Shown one piece after another: positions 39,952-54,290 of a stretch of 64,000 bases of DNA (positions within the stretch are counted from its first letter, which is position 1; the number at the start of each line of letters is the position of its first letter). The stretch covers positions 10,294,001 through 10,358,000 of the forward strand of contig NC_087245.1 of NCBI RefSeq assembly GCF_037042905.1. Direction: 5' to 3'. The stretch is from Lytechinus pictus (lineage: Eukaryota). The notes below the pieces were generated by a model. The model did not search any database and was not told where the DNA came from. It saw only the letters and a list, made by a program, of their open reading frames with translations. Made by a program: the position numbers and the translations under genes.

Positions 39952-42412
39952 CCGACCGCACAGAAACGTTGTTAGTGCTAACAGAGCACTAACAGCACTG
40001 TTAGCGAGGTTTTGCCCGCACAGAAGCATAATGTTAGCCCAATCACTAGCTAGCGCTGTTAGACTAACATTACAAGGTCGCACAGAAGCTAACATTAGCG
40101 CTAATGTTTGAACTATTCACTAACAGTGCCAAGGGCACCGATAGTGACAATGTTAGTGAATATCTATTGCGTGTCTTGCGTAAAACTTGTATATCAAGTG
40201 CTTTAAAATAGACCTAGATAGAATTAAAAGGGTACTCCAGTCCAGGGGCGGATCCAGTTTCTTCCAAAAGGGGCCCGGAAAGGGGGAGGGGGCACATTTT
40301 CCCGAGAAAGAGTATGACAAGCAAAAAAAAGGTTTACGTCTAAAATTGAAGGTATTGTTGTCCCAACAAAAACTGACATGCAAAAAAGGGTCTTTTATTG
40401 CTTGAAAGGGGGGGGGGGGCACACTTGGGTAAAAATGGCTGGCATGTTTATATTAAAAATTTTGATTACTGCTTTGGATCCGCCAATGCTCCAATCCCCA
40501 ATACGTGTGGGAGAAAACAGAATGAAATTAGATGAGAAGGCTGTAATTACAATCAATAACATAATTCTTAAATGGAAAATAATGAAGAATAATAAATAAA
40601 ATATGAATTGAATGAAGTGAATACTGTACAGTATTTTTGAAAACATTGATGCCTATCATGCCACCATGAATATCCTAGAATAGAATTACGAAGCCAAGTC
40701 CGATTTTCTCATTTTATGATTATTATTACTGTTGTTATTACCTTGTTTCCCCCATTATGTACATGTTGTGATTATGATTGTGATTGCAAAACCAATATAA
40801 GTCATGAATAGAAAAGGTCCCATACCCCATTCCCCTTTTCCTGATTTGACCGTGAACTGGTAAATTTATGTTTCAACACTACACGTAGGCCTATGTAAAA
40901 CTTGTAAATGGTCATGATGATTACTGAAGCAGTGGTCATATTTACTTTCAACTGTAAGGACAAATTCAGTTTAAATGAACACGATTTCATATACAAACAT
41001 GGACCTATGAAGAGATGGACATCCATCGCTTAGATAATGAATTCACTAACAGGTGACTGTAATTGTCATCTGAATAACATTCTCTTCATACTAGTCTTCT
41101 TTGGTCCTATGATGGTCACCGTGAGAAGGGACTGAAGCAGTTAGTGATTGGACATTTATATTTCACAAATTATATGCGCAGTTGATAACAAATCAATGAA
41201 ATAATGGAAAATTGATGTGCAGTTTTTGTTAACCTTTGGTAATCTTAGTTCCATGTGTTTTATTTGGGGAAATGTCCGCATATTTTAATATAGAGGCAAT
41301 ATTGTGATTGATTGTTATTGATACCATTTAAAATTCAATTTTCCCAAGTTTCTCCATAATATTCCAGATATACGTGGCACACAACATTTATAGATCGTGT
41401 ATCTCTCAGTGTTATTGAGGTCCTTATGTCTGAGCGGTAGTTAGCGGATCGAATAATATCATATTTTATATCATAAAAATTGTCTGCTCCTCAAGTTTGC
41501 TGCTCCATTATTATGAAGCATGTTGACTGAAAGGCAAATGCTGAAACAGGGTATCTGCCAACAAAAATCAGGACCGGGAAACTGTTCCGTATTTGAGTGA
41601 TCAGATACCCTTGGTAGTAATGGTAATTGCTAATGTAACAACACCTGTATGTTCTCATTAAGATGCACATAACCAGATGACGGTGACTATCATTGGATCA
41701 AAGAAATACTCGCGTTAATCGTCCATCTTTTTCATTGGTCCATGATAAAAATTATGAAGTGGGGAAATGACAAATGACATCATCAGCTCGCCTATATAGT
41801 AAATATAATATGTAATATAATTTTTACGTAAATTATGCAAAACTATATCACATATTTTTTAATGCCTTTTTTATTTGATTAATGTTCAATTGTTTGTATG
41901 ACTATACTCCACATCATGCTTCCCGATATACACCTCCATAGACGGAAGTCATTCTTCCACTCTACGAGCTAGCAAACATATACAGCCCCCTTCCCCTATC
42001 AAACAATTATTGACTTTTGCCGTTAATATATAATTTTTTCATCGATGTTAAGGTCTATGTATTATGTTAAAACATGGACCTACTATGGTTAAAATAATCA
42101 GAATTCAGTAATTTACACCGCGGTACAATGTCATCACAAAGTTAGAATTAATGGTGCAAATCCGAACCCTGGGTTAATGGGAATAATACATTGAGCCTAT
42201 GGGATAAAGGCCCTTATATTGTATCAATCCACACATAGATCACTATAGTACGTCATAGATTTTGCCTAACTATAAGGCTCAAACCCACTATCAACACCTG
42301 TGCTTAACAGCGCTTTCTGTGCGTTCATTCTGCTCATGATGTTAGTGGCTGATTTGTTAGTGACTTGTTAGCACTAACAACACCTTCACTAACAGTGTTT
42401 CTGTGCGGTCGC
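39952..42412. mobile_element. 2.46-kb TIR element with GCACAGAA/CTAACA subterminal repeats
   Basis: CGACCGCACAGAAAC (39953-39967) and GTTTCTGTGCGGTCG (42397-42411) are exact inverted copies flanked by TA. GCACAGAA and TGTTAG/CTAACA motifs repeat at both ends. Confidence 0.75.
40243..40488. mobile_element. hAT-like poly-G MITE nested in the 2.46-kb element
   Basis: CAGGGGCGGATCCA ... TGGATCCGCCAATG. 8-bp TSD CTCCAGTC / CTCCAATC. Confidence 0.85.
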
Positions 42413-42449
42413 TACAGGATAATTATATCCTTACTATTATCCTTCCTAC

Positions 42450-42560
42450 TACCGAATACCCATTTATTACACCAGAGCGGAGAGATAAATACCTTGCCAA
42501 GGGACGCGAATGTTTGGTGAAATTTGAACCCCGGTCCTTTTGGTTGATAGTCCGCGGAGA
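42450..42560 (-). mobile_element. Degenerate tRNA/CORE-like SINE fragment
   Basis: The minus strand has B-box GGTTCAAAT, then GTCCCTTGGCAAGGTATTTATC and TAAATGGGTA, colinear with the SINE at 49905-50180. Confidence 0.6.
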
Positions 42561-44611
42561 TATTATGTTGAAAAGCGATTGACAAATTTTTAATCTACAA
42601 AATAAAATCGAGAACGAGGTATATTTCGTCAGAACGTATTGCAAGCAAATCGGAAAGAGATAAGAAGTGTAATATTAGGCATTCAGTATCGAGAAATGCA
42701 TAACCTATATACAAATACTTATAATTCCCAAGTTAATTCTTCGTCAAATTTTATTTCCATATGTATATAAATCAATTTTCAAACGGGGTCTTGGTGTATC
42801 AAAAGTTTTTTCTAATAAAGTTGTTGCCGTATGATGTAAAACATAGACAAGAACATTGATATCTGTTGTGTACATCCATGCGTGCACGTTGTAGGCCATA
42901 TTAATGCAGTCTGTACCTCGTGTGTCTTTTTTGTAACTTGAAGAATGTAGCTCATGGGTCGTGTGACATCGTAGAGGCTGTTGCTTGTGGGTCGTAATGG
43001 CAAATATTGCTCGCGTGGTGTACGACATTTAGTCTAACTTGTGGGCAGCCTGATATCGTATGAGGGCTTGTAGCCCGCTACAGTATACCTCGTGGGCCAC
43101 ACGAGATTGATAAGTCTCAGGGTGTAGCTCGTGACGACTTAAGAAGGTTGTAGATCGCGGGTCGTACGATTCATCGTTATTGCACGTGTGGATCGAAGGG
43201 ACACCTCGATCGTCAGAATCTCCGAAACATATACTTTGAATAATTAATTTAACCGAGATAATAAACAGAGAAATGAAAAACCCTAACCGGATACTAAACT
43301 ATAATCTGCTATTGAGAAACCAGCTTATGCTGGGTGTTGCGGCGGAAACTTCTCAAAGTTTGGGTTAATCTCGCTTTATCAAGTGATAAAAACAAACGTC
43401 CTTTCTCAAATCCCAGTTGTTTCTTGCAGCTTGGCAGGTGTTCAAGGCCAATGCCACAAACCCGACACATTTATCCCCTTTTGTAACGAAAAAATAGGAA
43501 ATGGGGACATTTTTTCACACAACGAAATAAAAAGATACAGATGGCAAAGTCATTAACACGCTTTACATCTGAAAGTTATCAATAAATCTTCTGTGTACTA
43601 CTTCCTTAGCCTTCGAGAAAAAGGAGCACTTACAAAGTATTTATAAGTCTCTAGTGGATAATGCCATGACATTGAATCTGTGAACTCTGTGAAAAAAAAC
43701 TTATATGATGGGCTGTTTTTAAGGGTATGATAAATCCTACATGCAGAATGAACAGTATATTCTGAATTATGGATATAGGATCATCACTTTCTTTTTAAGA
43801 TACTGTTCAGTTTGGATTTGAGTAAATTTGATATTTGACACCTGTACACCTCAACTTTATACAAATTTTGGTATCTTTCTCTTCTTTTCTTGAATACGTT
43901 CTCTTTCAAGTATATAAATTTCTATAGTACGAAGTCTATTTATTGATTTTGGCTGTTATTGTAGATGGAGACATCTCGATGGCCAAGATGACTAAGAATC
44001 GAATTTTGCGACCATTGAAGGCATGGCCGTGCGCAGAAATTTTTCGTTGGGGCACAGGACGTGTAAAAAATTGTCTTCGAATTCGAGAACCAAAAGGAAA
44101 GAGAGTTTGGAAACAAAATATCTTCAAGTATTTAAGTAAAAGAAATAGCGAATGGTGTTGGTCGGGGGGGGGGGGGTAATTAATACAGGGCCATCAGTTG
44201 GGCAAGGATATTATGATGGTCTGTTGTGACCACTGGGATCAACAATTTTCTCCGTTTTCCTTTTCTATGTTGATTCTTTTTTAAACTAACACCACTACCA
44301 TGACTGCGCATTTGAAATCACCACGATCACAAAGATATATTCTTATTTTCATGTGACGATGTGGCGATACATTAAACGACCACCCCTTTAAGTGGGAAAT
44401 AAAGACGACCTTACGTGACCCCCGGATTGCCCCGAGTACTGCATCGCCCTCTCGTCACCTCGCCGCATCTGGATGCTGTGTGAAACTGTCGTTCCCTTGT
44501 GAAACCTAAGCCACAGTTCACTATTCAGTCACCAAGTCCTTCTGGGTTTCCACCAAGGAGACCTATATAAAGAAAGCGAATGAAATGAGGTTACTTCAGC
44601 TACGAGGATGA

Positions 44612-44790
44612 AAGAAGGGCTCTGCTCACCCCCCACCCCGATCCAATGCATGTCATGGTAGATGGTAGATGAGAGTAACCAGAGACCTTAGAAGGTGCTC
44701 TACTCACCCCCATCCCCCCATCCCCTGGTTATGCTGGTAGATGATAGTGAAGGTGGGGTGGGTATACTCTAACCATAGACTTTAGAAGGT
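44612..44790. repeat. Degenerate tandem repeat, unit ~75-95 bp
   Basis: GAAGG(T)GCTCT(G/A)CTCACCCC..TGGTAGATGA..TAACCA(G/T)AGAC(C/T)TTAGAAGGTG occurs about twice. Confidence 0.6.
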
Positions 44791-47700
44791 GATTTGGATG
44801 AAAGTGGAAAATCAAACCATTAAAACGGTTATCCAAATTGGAGGAAAAATGGCTAAACTTTTTAGGGGTTGAAGCATTATGAAGTCTGCATAGTTGAATA
44901 AATGATAAAAGTTGGTGTCCTAAAATTGATGAGTGTGCCGATGATTACAAGCCCGCTTATTCTGTTGTAACATAATAAGGGGCATGTTCTTTTAAATCCT
45001 GTTATTCAAGAATGTTACACAGTTTGATCTTCTTTGGACGTATCAACTGCACACTTTCCCGGGGGAAGGGGGGGGGGGGGGAGTCGGTATGAACATCCAT
45101 AAAGGAGCATGTGACATCAGCTAACTAACTTATTTTCATATACTAGACTATGTATACCATGAAAACCGTTTTCCTCTTCTGCTTTTTTCCCGGGCTTTTT
45201 TCTTGATGCATCATTCATTCTTTTTTTCATTTGAGTGAAGTGTGGAGGCGGTCACAATCGCACCACCCTGGATCTACTATCATTACCATGTTGTATGTGG
45301 TTTAGATTTACAGCACTTAAAATATAATTGCTTTAAAATCATACTCGACAATTTGGTCTTCAGAGAATAGGTGACCGGGAGCGTGAAAATATGTCTGACG
45401 GGTTTTTTTCTTCAATACTTTGTTGGTTGGGGTGGCTGAAGTACAGGATTGCGACCTTGGTGTAGGATATAAAGCGAAAAAACATTGACATGACTATAAT
45501 GTAGACATCAGTTTTTCAATAAAGATCTTGGTAAGGGTGGTGATACTAGATGGAGGGAGGGGTGATCGCCCCTATGTAATCAAAGGATAAAAAGAGCAGC
45601 CAAAATATTTTACTTCAGAGGTGGAAACGGAGTTTTTCAAATTATAAACACGAGGAAGATTTTCCTCATTGTTACATTATGTTTGATTGTGTATACTCAT
45701 TACGTCAAGTAATCATATGTATCTTCAGCTGTATATACAAATTATCGATTTGCAACGCATTTTACAAACATATTGAAAATATAACTGTAGGCCTATGTTT
45801 TGACATACTTTATTTCGGGTATAAACAAAAGTTACGCCGAACGATGGAAAGAAACTTTGAATTCTTAAATACATTACAAAAAGTCTTTATTTCCCGAACT
45901 TTGTTGTGTGTTGTATTCAATTCATATTAATATTTTTCATATTGATACAATAATACAGGGAGAAAAAATAATAATTCGTGCAGACACTTTCAAGATATTT
46001 GCGACTGAAAAAAATAATTAATCTTAGTACATGGAATAAAATAGAGACGATGTTACCGGTCGCTTTATTTTTCACCCTTTTTATCACTAAATTATGATTT
46101 CGGGTTCAGTTTTTTAGGGCTTTATGTTTAGCACATAACCACACACACAAATGTGACCTTGCAGCTAAGATTTTTAAAAGTCAAATAAATTTTAACCAAT
46201 GCCTTTATATTAAGACCGGGTATTAAGAATGTCATAAATAACTGATGAAGTACAAACCTGTTGAAATTATGATCAGCATGATGATCATAGATTGCTAAAG
46301 ACAGATTTTTCTTTGAAATAATACTACGACCATCTGCTGTGGTTTTCTGAAGTAACAGATTCAGAAGATTCAAAATGTATTGACCTTGTCTATTTTCGGT
46401 AGGTTGGAATCCCTGATGAAGCAAAGATAGACTTATCATCCGGCTTATCATAGAAGATTGATTAGTGCATCATCGATCGTAATCTCGGGATAAGAAAATT
46501 GTTCTGAAATATGGATTTGACCTAATTTCGACTTGCCGTCGTTTGCATGATAATTCTTTAAATCAATCATTAGAGAAGGGATAATAGGCCTATCCTTTTC
46601 AGGTTGAGATCTATGTGTAAATCATCCTCAGATGTTTAATTGATGTTATCGAATCTGATTTTATAGCTGGTCAATTCTGAACTGGAACAATGAGAGAGAG
46701 AGAGAGAGAGAAAGAGAGGGAGGGCAGACAAACAGAGACAAAGGAACAGGGGGAAGGGTGGGGGCATCCGGGCAAATTTGGGAATATACAAAGGAAGGCA
46801 ACAATTGACCTCTAAGACCTAGGTTTAATTTCAATGGGATACATGTCAGCGTATTTATAATGTTATATAAGAAAATGAAGAAACAAGTAATTTCAAACGA
46901 TAGTTCAACAGCTTTAAGCAATGCTGTAGTTGTTTTGAAATAATCGGCCCCAATTTTAGAAAATAATATGTCCTTATTCGACAAAGAGACTGTCTCTGCA
47001 AGGTCCCTCATTCGTTCTTCGAGTTTAAATTTCATTTTTTCCACTTTTTTTTAAATTTTCATCTTTTGAGAAAAAAAATCCTGTTTAGTTAATATCAGTG
47101 TAATAATGGCAGACAGGGAAAGCAGACATGAAAGGAGAGAAATGGAGACCTAGAAATTTGTAGTTCATCTTTCTGCCCGTTCTCTGATCTCTATACATGT
47201 TATTAAACACCACGTTTACCAGATGCCTATTATAATACCATTGATTCACACATCAATCTTACTATGATCTGAATACCAATTATATAGGCTATAACACTTT
47301 TAACATTTGTACCGGTTTAAGAGAATACAAAAACCGCAACTTTTTCGCCGGGATTGATGACTGATTTTAATAGACTCATTAACAAGTAATATTCGAGAAT
47401 TTGATGATGGATGTGACTATTATGACCCAGTAAGCCATTTTTTTCTCAAAAAAGTTGATCACTATTCAGGGTGGGTAATCTGACCGGTGAATGGCCTAAT
47501 TTCTACCTACACCCTCCCTCAGTTGTCATAAGGGACTATTTTCTTTACAAAAAAATCCGGCGTTCAGTCTAATATTGGTATTAGAAATGAATGTATGTGT
47601 TTATTAGAGGACAAGATGATGTACATTATTGCGAAACAAACGATGAAGATGTCACTTATATTCACATTATTTCAAGCAAGGCAAATACAAACATACCATG

Positions 47701-49904
47701 GGGCACATGATTACATTTTACGGGGGTTGAATATCATTCAAACGCAGATCTAAACAAAAAAAAATTCAAAATAACCAAAATGATTTATTTTGAAGAGCGC
47801 AGAACCAACGGGCATCATTTTCGAGTGTGATGAAAATATGAACAGAATTCGTTACTCATATATCAGAGCGTCCCACGAGAAGCGACACTACCATGGCTAT
47901 CCAAATCAGTTATGATTCAATCTGGTAAAATCGACCAGATTCTAGTTTCAAAGGTATCTTGACTAGACCACCTGATCCCAAGTGTTTCTTGATTATTTCG
48001 AAATTTTCGAAAAAAAAATAAAGTACGCTATTTTGGACTCGATACGAAAATTAGAAGGGGCAACTAAACCTCTATCTGGATCATGATCTTTTTGTGTTTT
48101 AAAAAACTACCCCCAACAACATCAGATGGAAAAAAATACTTAAAATACCGGGACCCCACAGTCCCAGAGTAAGATGTTGAAGTGGAGTGAACCCTTTATC
48201 ATCATGATCATAACATTTCTGAAGGCAAATTCCTTTCAATTCCTTCCCTCCGCCCCTATCTTGTGATCTATTTTTCATCCCCTCTGGTTCAATGTCGAGG
48301 CGAAGAGGGCACTTTGATGCGTGCCCCGATGACCTGGACAAATTCCTTATTGTCATATTGACGGCCAATTTCAACTGAAAGGTCATCTTTTAGGGTCTGT
48401 TTGATGGCTTCCATCTCCCCAATTTTGTGACCCCATAAAAACGTCTACTTTCACTGAAAGGTTTAGACCCCTTGTCATAGTTACCAGGGAGTTGGGTGTT
48501 GGCACACATTCAGTCATTTCTGATGGTTCACGTGTCTGAATGCCATAATAATGTAAGAATTCAATAATATTAAGCAAATTCAACTGTGCATTCCAACTAA
48601 ACCAGAGTATATTGCGTTTATAAACTAAATTATACCCTATACTATAGGGGGAATGAAGTTAATACAATGGGCCTATAATATTGGTAGGAAATATATACAG
48701 TCAAAATAAGATTTAGGGAATGTCAGGCCGTGTCGGTATCAGCTATTTGGTGATCTTCAAACGGGTCCTGCATAATATTATTTATGGTTATTTACTCCTT
48801 CTAATCCATTCTTATGCAGAGCGCCACTGTCAAAGAGGCAACACATGGGTATTCACTTTTTTATTTCTTCGTGTCTCTCGGCTGGAGATTGAACCCAAGA
48901 CCTTTAGTTTCCACCACCAACCCCCCCCCCCCCCCCATGATTGTATTGCTTCAGTTCACTGATGAGACCGTTGAATCGCTAAACCCTGATCATGCTGATG
49001 AAGGGGTCAGGATAAGCTGGATAGATACTGACATGTTAATGGGAAATATAATCAGATGAATTAACTTCACCCATACTGACAGATTTATGTCAGGGTTAAA
49101 AGCATTTTTCTTTTAGGAATGGCGCCTATTTGAATATATTAATAGATAAATAAAAAATATATATCATGTCAATCATTTCGCAACCATAAACATAAAATAT
49201 TTTGAATGGGAGTTTGGAGAATAAAATTTAATGCAATTATAACAATTATTTTTCACGTATTTTACCATACGTTTACCATACTATTAACATGAGTGATATC
49301 AAAACGTCATATCGATTTTGTAAGATATCGCAAAGGATTCGTTCAATACGTTTTCAGTAGTAGCAAATTAAAGGCAGTACTATAGGATTCCCTGAAGTAT
49401 TGGGACAGTGCTTGACCATACCACCATCTCCCACTGTTTTTATTCCATCCTTTCATTACGAAGGAGATTCAAATCTATTGACATTCCCCTGAGTTTCTAA
49501 TCTCACACATTAAAGAATTTAGATTAACATTTTGAGATGAGAACTTTTGATTTAATTGACCTCCGATTTTTGTTTTCACATCTCTCATGTCTATAAAGAT
49601 GTATGCAGCATCCCCATCTTCAAGAGCTTCCTGAAGATTAAATCGCGGAATAGATACCAAGATGGCGGAGCAAGTGAGATGTGGTTCTCGAAGAGGGCTT
49701 TTAAAATTACTTTTATATCAGTTTTACGATTACTCATCAAGTATCCAGGTCAATGGATTTGATTACTTTTGTCGATTCTTCAGACTTCCCATTTATTTAA
49801 GATTGTTTACCCAGTAGCAGTGAACATGATAGGTCCAATCATATTCAAGCTTATATCCATCTGAATTTTCATTTTCAAATTTTATAATATAAACAAAATA
49901 ATAA

Positions 49905-50180
49905 ATGAATAAAAGAATATAGGATTTGTATGGCGCACGTATCCACCTTGCTAGGTGCTCAAGGCGCAGTGTATTTCCCCGGCTATAAGCTAGTCTATAT
50001 GGATTCCGGTGCGCACAACTTTTTTGAGGAATTACTTCCTGTCGGTACCCATTTACCTCCCCTGGGTTGAGTGCAGCACAATGTGGGTAAATTTCTTGCT
50101 GAAGTAAACACGCCATGGCTTGGAATCGAACCCATGTCCTTCAGATTGAAAGACGAGAGTCTTAACCCCTAGACCACGAC
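49905..50180 (-). mobile_element. Near full-length tRNA-derived CORE-like SINE with L2-type tail
   Basis: Minus strand: A-box TGGTCTAGGGG, B-box GGTTCGATTCC, core CTTCAGCAAGAAATTTACCCAC..CAACCCAGGGGAGGTAAATGGGTACC, tail GCGCCTTGAGCACC..GTGCGCCATACAAAT and a T/A-rich end. Confidence 0.88.
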
Positions 50181-52947
50181 CACGACCAAATAGATCAAAA
50201 ACACACAAAAGTTATATGACAGGGGTCGGTATGACCAGTGATCTTACCGGCATCTTTTTTTCGGCTTGGGTGTCATGGATGTGATTATACGTCCTCCACT
50301 GTCTCTTTAGAAAATTAAAAAGCGCCCCCATGACAAGCTCCATTGCTTCGCTCCCTCGCTTTCGAGTTTCTTCAATTTTTATGCGTTTTACCCCCAGGAA
50401 AAAAATTATGCGTACGACCATGCTCTCCCTCTCTATTCATATCTTTTTTGCCCCATTTGTGTTCTCTAGCGCCAGTTGCACAAGCGCCCGTGCCGCCCCA
50501 CCCTCGATACACCATTGCTTTTTAGGTCAAATTTACTACAACCGGTCGATCTGAGTGGAGAGGAGGAAGCCGCGGCGACACTATCGGAATTTACACCAGG
50601 TTATTGACACCCCAAACCTTACCACCGCTTCTTTCAAGAAAATGACTCACCTCCAAAATTCTCATGGTTTACCTTTTGACGTTTAATATTAGATGAAGAA
50701 AGTGAAGAATCTGTTAGTCATAGTCAATTTGAATTTCTGTGTCGAATCGGGCAGCTGGTATTTGCATTTTCTTGAATCATGGGAGATATATTTCTTTTAT
50801 TTTATTACAGGTGAGCTCTTGGTAATGATGGCTTTTGAGATCCTCCGAACAGCAACTTCTAAAGTGTTTCAAAGCGGGCCATTTGCATCTCCGGTCATCT
50901 CGGGCACCGCTGGGAACTTGAATAATTACAGTCGATGCCTTCAGTTCTTCATCCCACCGTTAAGGTGTTGTGGTATGGGGATTCGATAAATGATATTAGC
51001 AGACATTTTGGCAGCGCTTTCCTGCAGTTTGCCTCAAGGAGTGTCAGAAACCCTTGCACAACAATCAAATCAGTGTAAATTTGAGATTCATGAATTCTTC
51101 AGCAGCCATCTAAATTTTATGAATCACAAGAAGATACTACTGTCCCCCGATATATCACCATTCATTTTCCAGCTATCTTATTTTAATGATGGTCCTATCT
51201 TCTTTAGATATGAACTCCTATATCTATTAATGTTTACCGGTTTGTTTTCTTCAAACTGTTTATGTTCAAGTCCCCTTAAGCTCTACTCTCTTTCCCCTCT
51301 CCCTCCCCCTCTATAGTATATTTTACCCCTTCAACGAGCGATATCGCATTAAGCTTAATGAAAGTATTGTATTAGCTAGCACATCCTCTATATCAATTTG
51401 CAAAGTGTGGAATTCTCTACACACGAATACACATCCTAAACCCAGCTTACAATACCCATAATCTACACTACATAATTTTCATGAACGATTATCTTTCTGA
51501 AGAACTATTAGATCTATATACCCTTCATGATATCTTACCCTTTTTTAAACCGATGAAAGTTAAGCTTTGGATACGGGATGAAAGGGTAGGGATGTGATGG
51601 TGGAAGTGAATATTCAAAGTTTTCAGATGAACTGTCACTCATGACTGACTGATTGAGGAGTTAGGTCAAACCCATATTCATGATCATTGCCTCTTGTCAA
51701 GACCGTAAACAATTATTGGATTATTTTTTTGTGGGAAAAATCTATTCACCGATGATTTAATTGAATTCATTCTTGAAAGACGAATTATTTATCGCACATT
51801 GCTCGACGTGTAAGTCGCTTACATCGCTGTACAGACACTACAAATGAATTTCCAAATCATAATAAATCTTAAATTCTTGATGTCAGACTATATATCTTCT
51901 CTATTAAGTGGGGAGAATGCACCTGCTACTAGGGAAGACATCCCGTAAGAGGAAGATGCGAGTTGAATCCCCAATCTCCTTCTTTCGTTACCTATCACAA
52001 GATGATGAGGGCCAAAAATGAATGACTCATTCAAGCGCGAGAAAATCGGTTTCGCGCTCACTTTTCGGGTTGCCATTTTGTAACATCTTGTTACGATCCA
52101 TTCCAGTCATGTCGGTGCACTATTTCCGTACAATCCATCACTCGCCAAACTCACTTGGCAAATTTATCAAGGTGGGTTCCCACTGGCAGTCCTTTAAAAA
52201 GGGTTCCAGGTATATGCATGCATGTGACATATAATCACGTGACCTATGACATGCTTCATTGTATATGTTTGCACAATTTAGAATTCAAGCATAATCACAG
52301 ACGAATACCTGTCCAATTAACCAGGGAGTGTTCTACGAATGAAGAAATCAAACAAAATTTACCTGAAAATAATCACAAACAAACGCAACATGAATATGAA
52401 AAAGACCCACCTACAATGTGACAGAAAAAATATATTGCAATATTGAGCCACATTTCAATTTCACTGTTTGTTGCTTATGCCATTGCTCTTTTGTATCTGA
52501 ATGCTGGTGTTGATGTTTGGACCGTAATCATGCTGATAAGAACTCGTTGAGAAATGTGATCTCCAAACTCCGAGTTATACAAGTGCACCACAGACCAGAT
52601 GTAGGCTCATGTGAGACAGTGGGAACGATACAATATATCTCTCAACATTTCACTGTCAGTAGTGTTGGTAAAGAAGTACGTTTTCTTCCCTCCATATTAA
52701 CCCATTCATTCTCGCCCAAGGTGGAATAACATCGAAGAGTTACAGTTCACACCAGCGTTTAGACATGACTCTATAATCTCGTCTTATACGCAAAATATTC
52801 ATGATGATGATGTTGTTAGCCCCCTTCATTATTTTGAAATTCCCATAGTCATTAGGTTAAGGCATGCTAATTTCCGTTCTGACTGTGTCTTACTACGATA
52901 TTAAACTGTTTTAGCAGGCACTTTTTTTAATAATCTGTGTTTGTGTA

Positions 52948-53187
52948 AACTCTGAAATATATTGGGTAAAAATACTCCATGAGGGTATTTATGTGACCAG
53001 CCAACTTTGGACATTTTCATCTATCCAGTGTGATGAAAATTTTGCCCATTCCAAAGTAATTGCTTCTTATTTTTAACCTTACTGGATAATATGCTCTCCG
53101 CATTGGGAAAAATACTGCCCCAACTCGGATGGACACACAATTACCCTCGTGTTGGTTAAAATTTTACCCAATTTTTTTTTTACAGTG
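52948..53187. mobile_element. CACTA/EnSpm-like MITE, diverged
   Basis: Right end TTTTACCCAATTTTTTTTTTACAGTG+TA, left end TA+AACTCTGAAATATATTGGGTAAAAA. GAGGGTA..TGTG / CACA..TACCCTC are also inverted. Confidence 0.7.
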
Positions 53188-53809
53188 TATTGTCTGAATA
53201 CTGAGAGATTACCGGATTTATTGCCCCATCCGACCCATTCCCTGTCAGTTTTTATGTGTAAATTCACTAATGCTTATGAAAAAACTTTTTGATCAGCTTC
53301 AATAAAAATGGATGACCCACCCCACACTAGAACAGTAAGGGATGGGTTAAGCATCTTATATAATAATCAAAGCCCCCTTTTCTCACAAATTATCAATAAG
53401 TAGCAATCATAATCTCGTAAATTCTCGTTCTCGTTTCCCTCGTCCAAAATTAGTCTGAGTCATATTCTGCCCCCGGAAAAACAAAACATATTTGTCTTAG
53501 CCATATCCAGTTATCATTTTTGATGAATGAAGATGTCTTCCAGAACTCGGTTGGAGATGGCAGTCTTGGTCTCTTACTATTTATCTTAATAATGCCCCCA
53601 TCTCTGTCACATTTCCAACAGATCACTTACCAATTAGGAGAGCGTATATCATCACCAACATGCAAAGTCTGTCGCGACGCAGGGAAGATATGACTCAATC
53701 AATCACCACATTTAAGAATAATATTTTCAAGTTTATTTCAACTTGTCTTCTTCGAATCTATGTATCTCCATTTGACTCATCCTTAAATGATTTCATAGGG
53801 AATAAGGTA

Positions 53810-54290
53810 CAATCTTTCGTACTTTATAATGACATTATGATGCATAGCACACAAAACAAAACCTTTTATTTATGTTTGTTCGAATTTTCCAAAATGTGTC
53901 ATTTTAGACATGTCTGTGCGATATTAAAATGTAAATGGCATAATTTTACCAAGGAGTTACATTTGTATCGGAATTCCATTTAAACTGTGTTCAATTCTAG
54001 AAAAGGATTTTTTTTTTAAATTAATGTTTTAGGGTTTGGACATGTAAATTAAAATGTAAAATGTTAGAACGAACGGGGACTAGCCTTGATAGGCCTTCGG
54101 TCTTTGCTGGTCCCCTGCATCCGGTACATGTATGTTGTGCTTTCATTTGTTGTAATTGTTATCTCTAAAATTGTATTTTGCTTTTTTATCCCTTGCCTCT
54201 TTATGATATTTTTAAATATTGTTTTATCATGTTAAATGTATGATTTTATCTTGGATGCAAATAAAAGGCCATATCGGCCAATCAATCAAT
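53810..54290 (+). mobile_element. Degraded L2/CR1-group LINE 3' end
   Basis: HSTQNKTFYL..KWHNFTKEL resembles HNTR..F.LP..K.WN.LP.EL. Hairpin GGGGACTAGC..GCTGGTCCCC at 54075-54115, then AATAAA and a (CAAT)n tail. Confidence 0.45.

Noticed and set aside
44565..44573. TATA-box promoter (TATATAAAG) after a GC-richer patch
   Set aside because: The motif is common in AT-rich DNA and there is no downstream gene evidence.
46661..47044. 127-aa ORF with protein-like N-terminus
   Set aside because: It runs into a (CT)n repeat, and has no recognisable domain or clear splice sites.
50811..50989. Coding exon after a strong acceptor (TTTTATTACAG at 50810)
   Set aside because: The peptide is not recognisable and no partner exons were found. 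It could be a non-coding exon, but that is unsupported.
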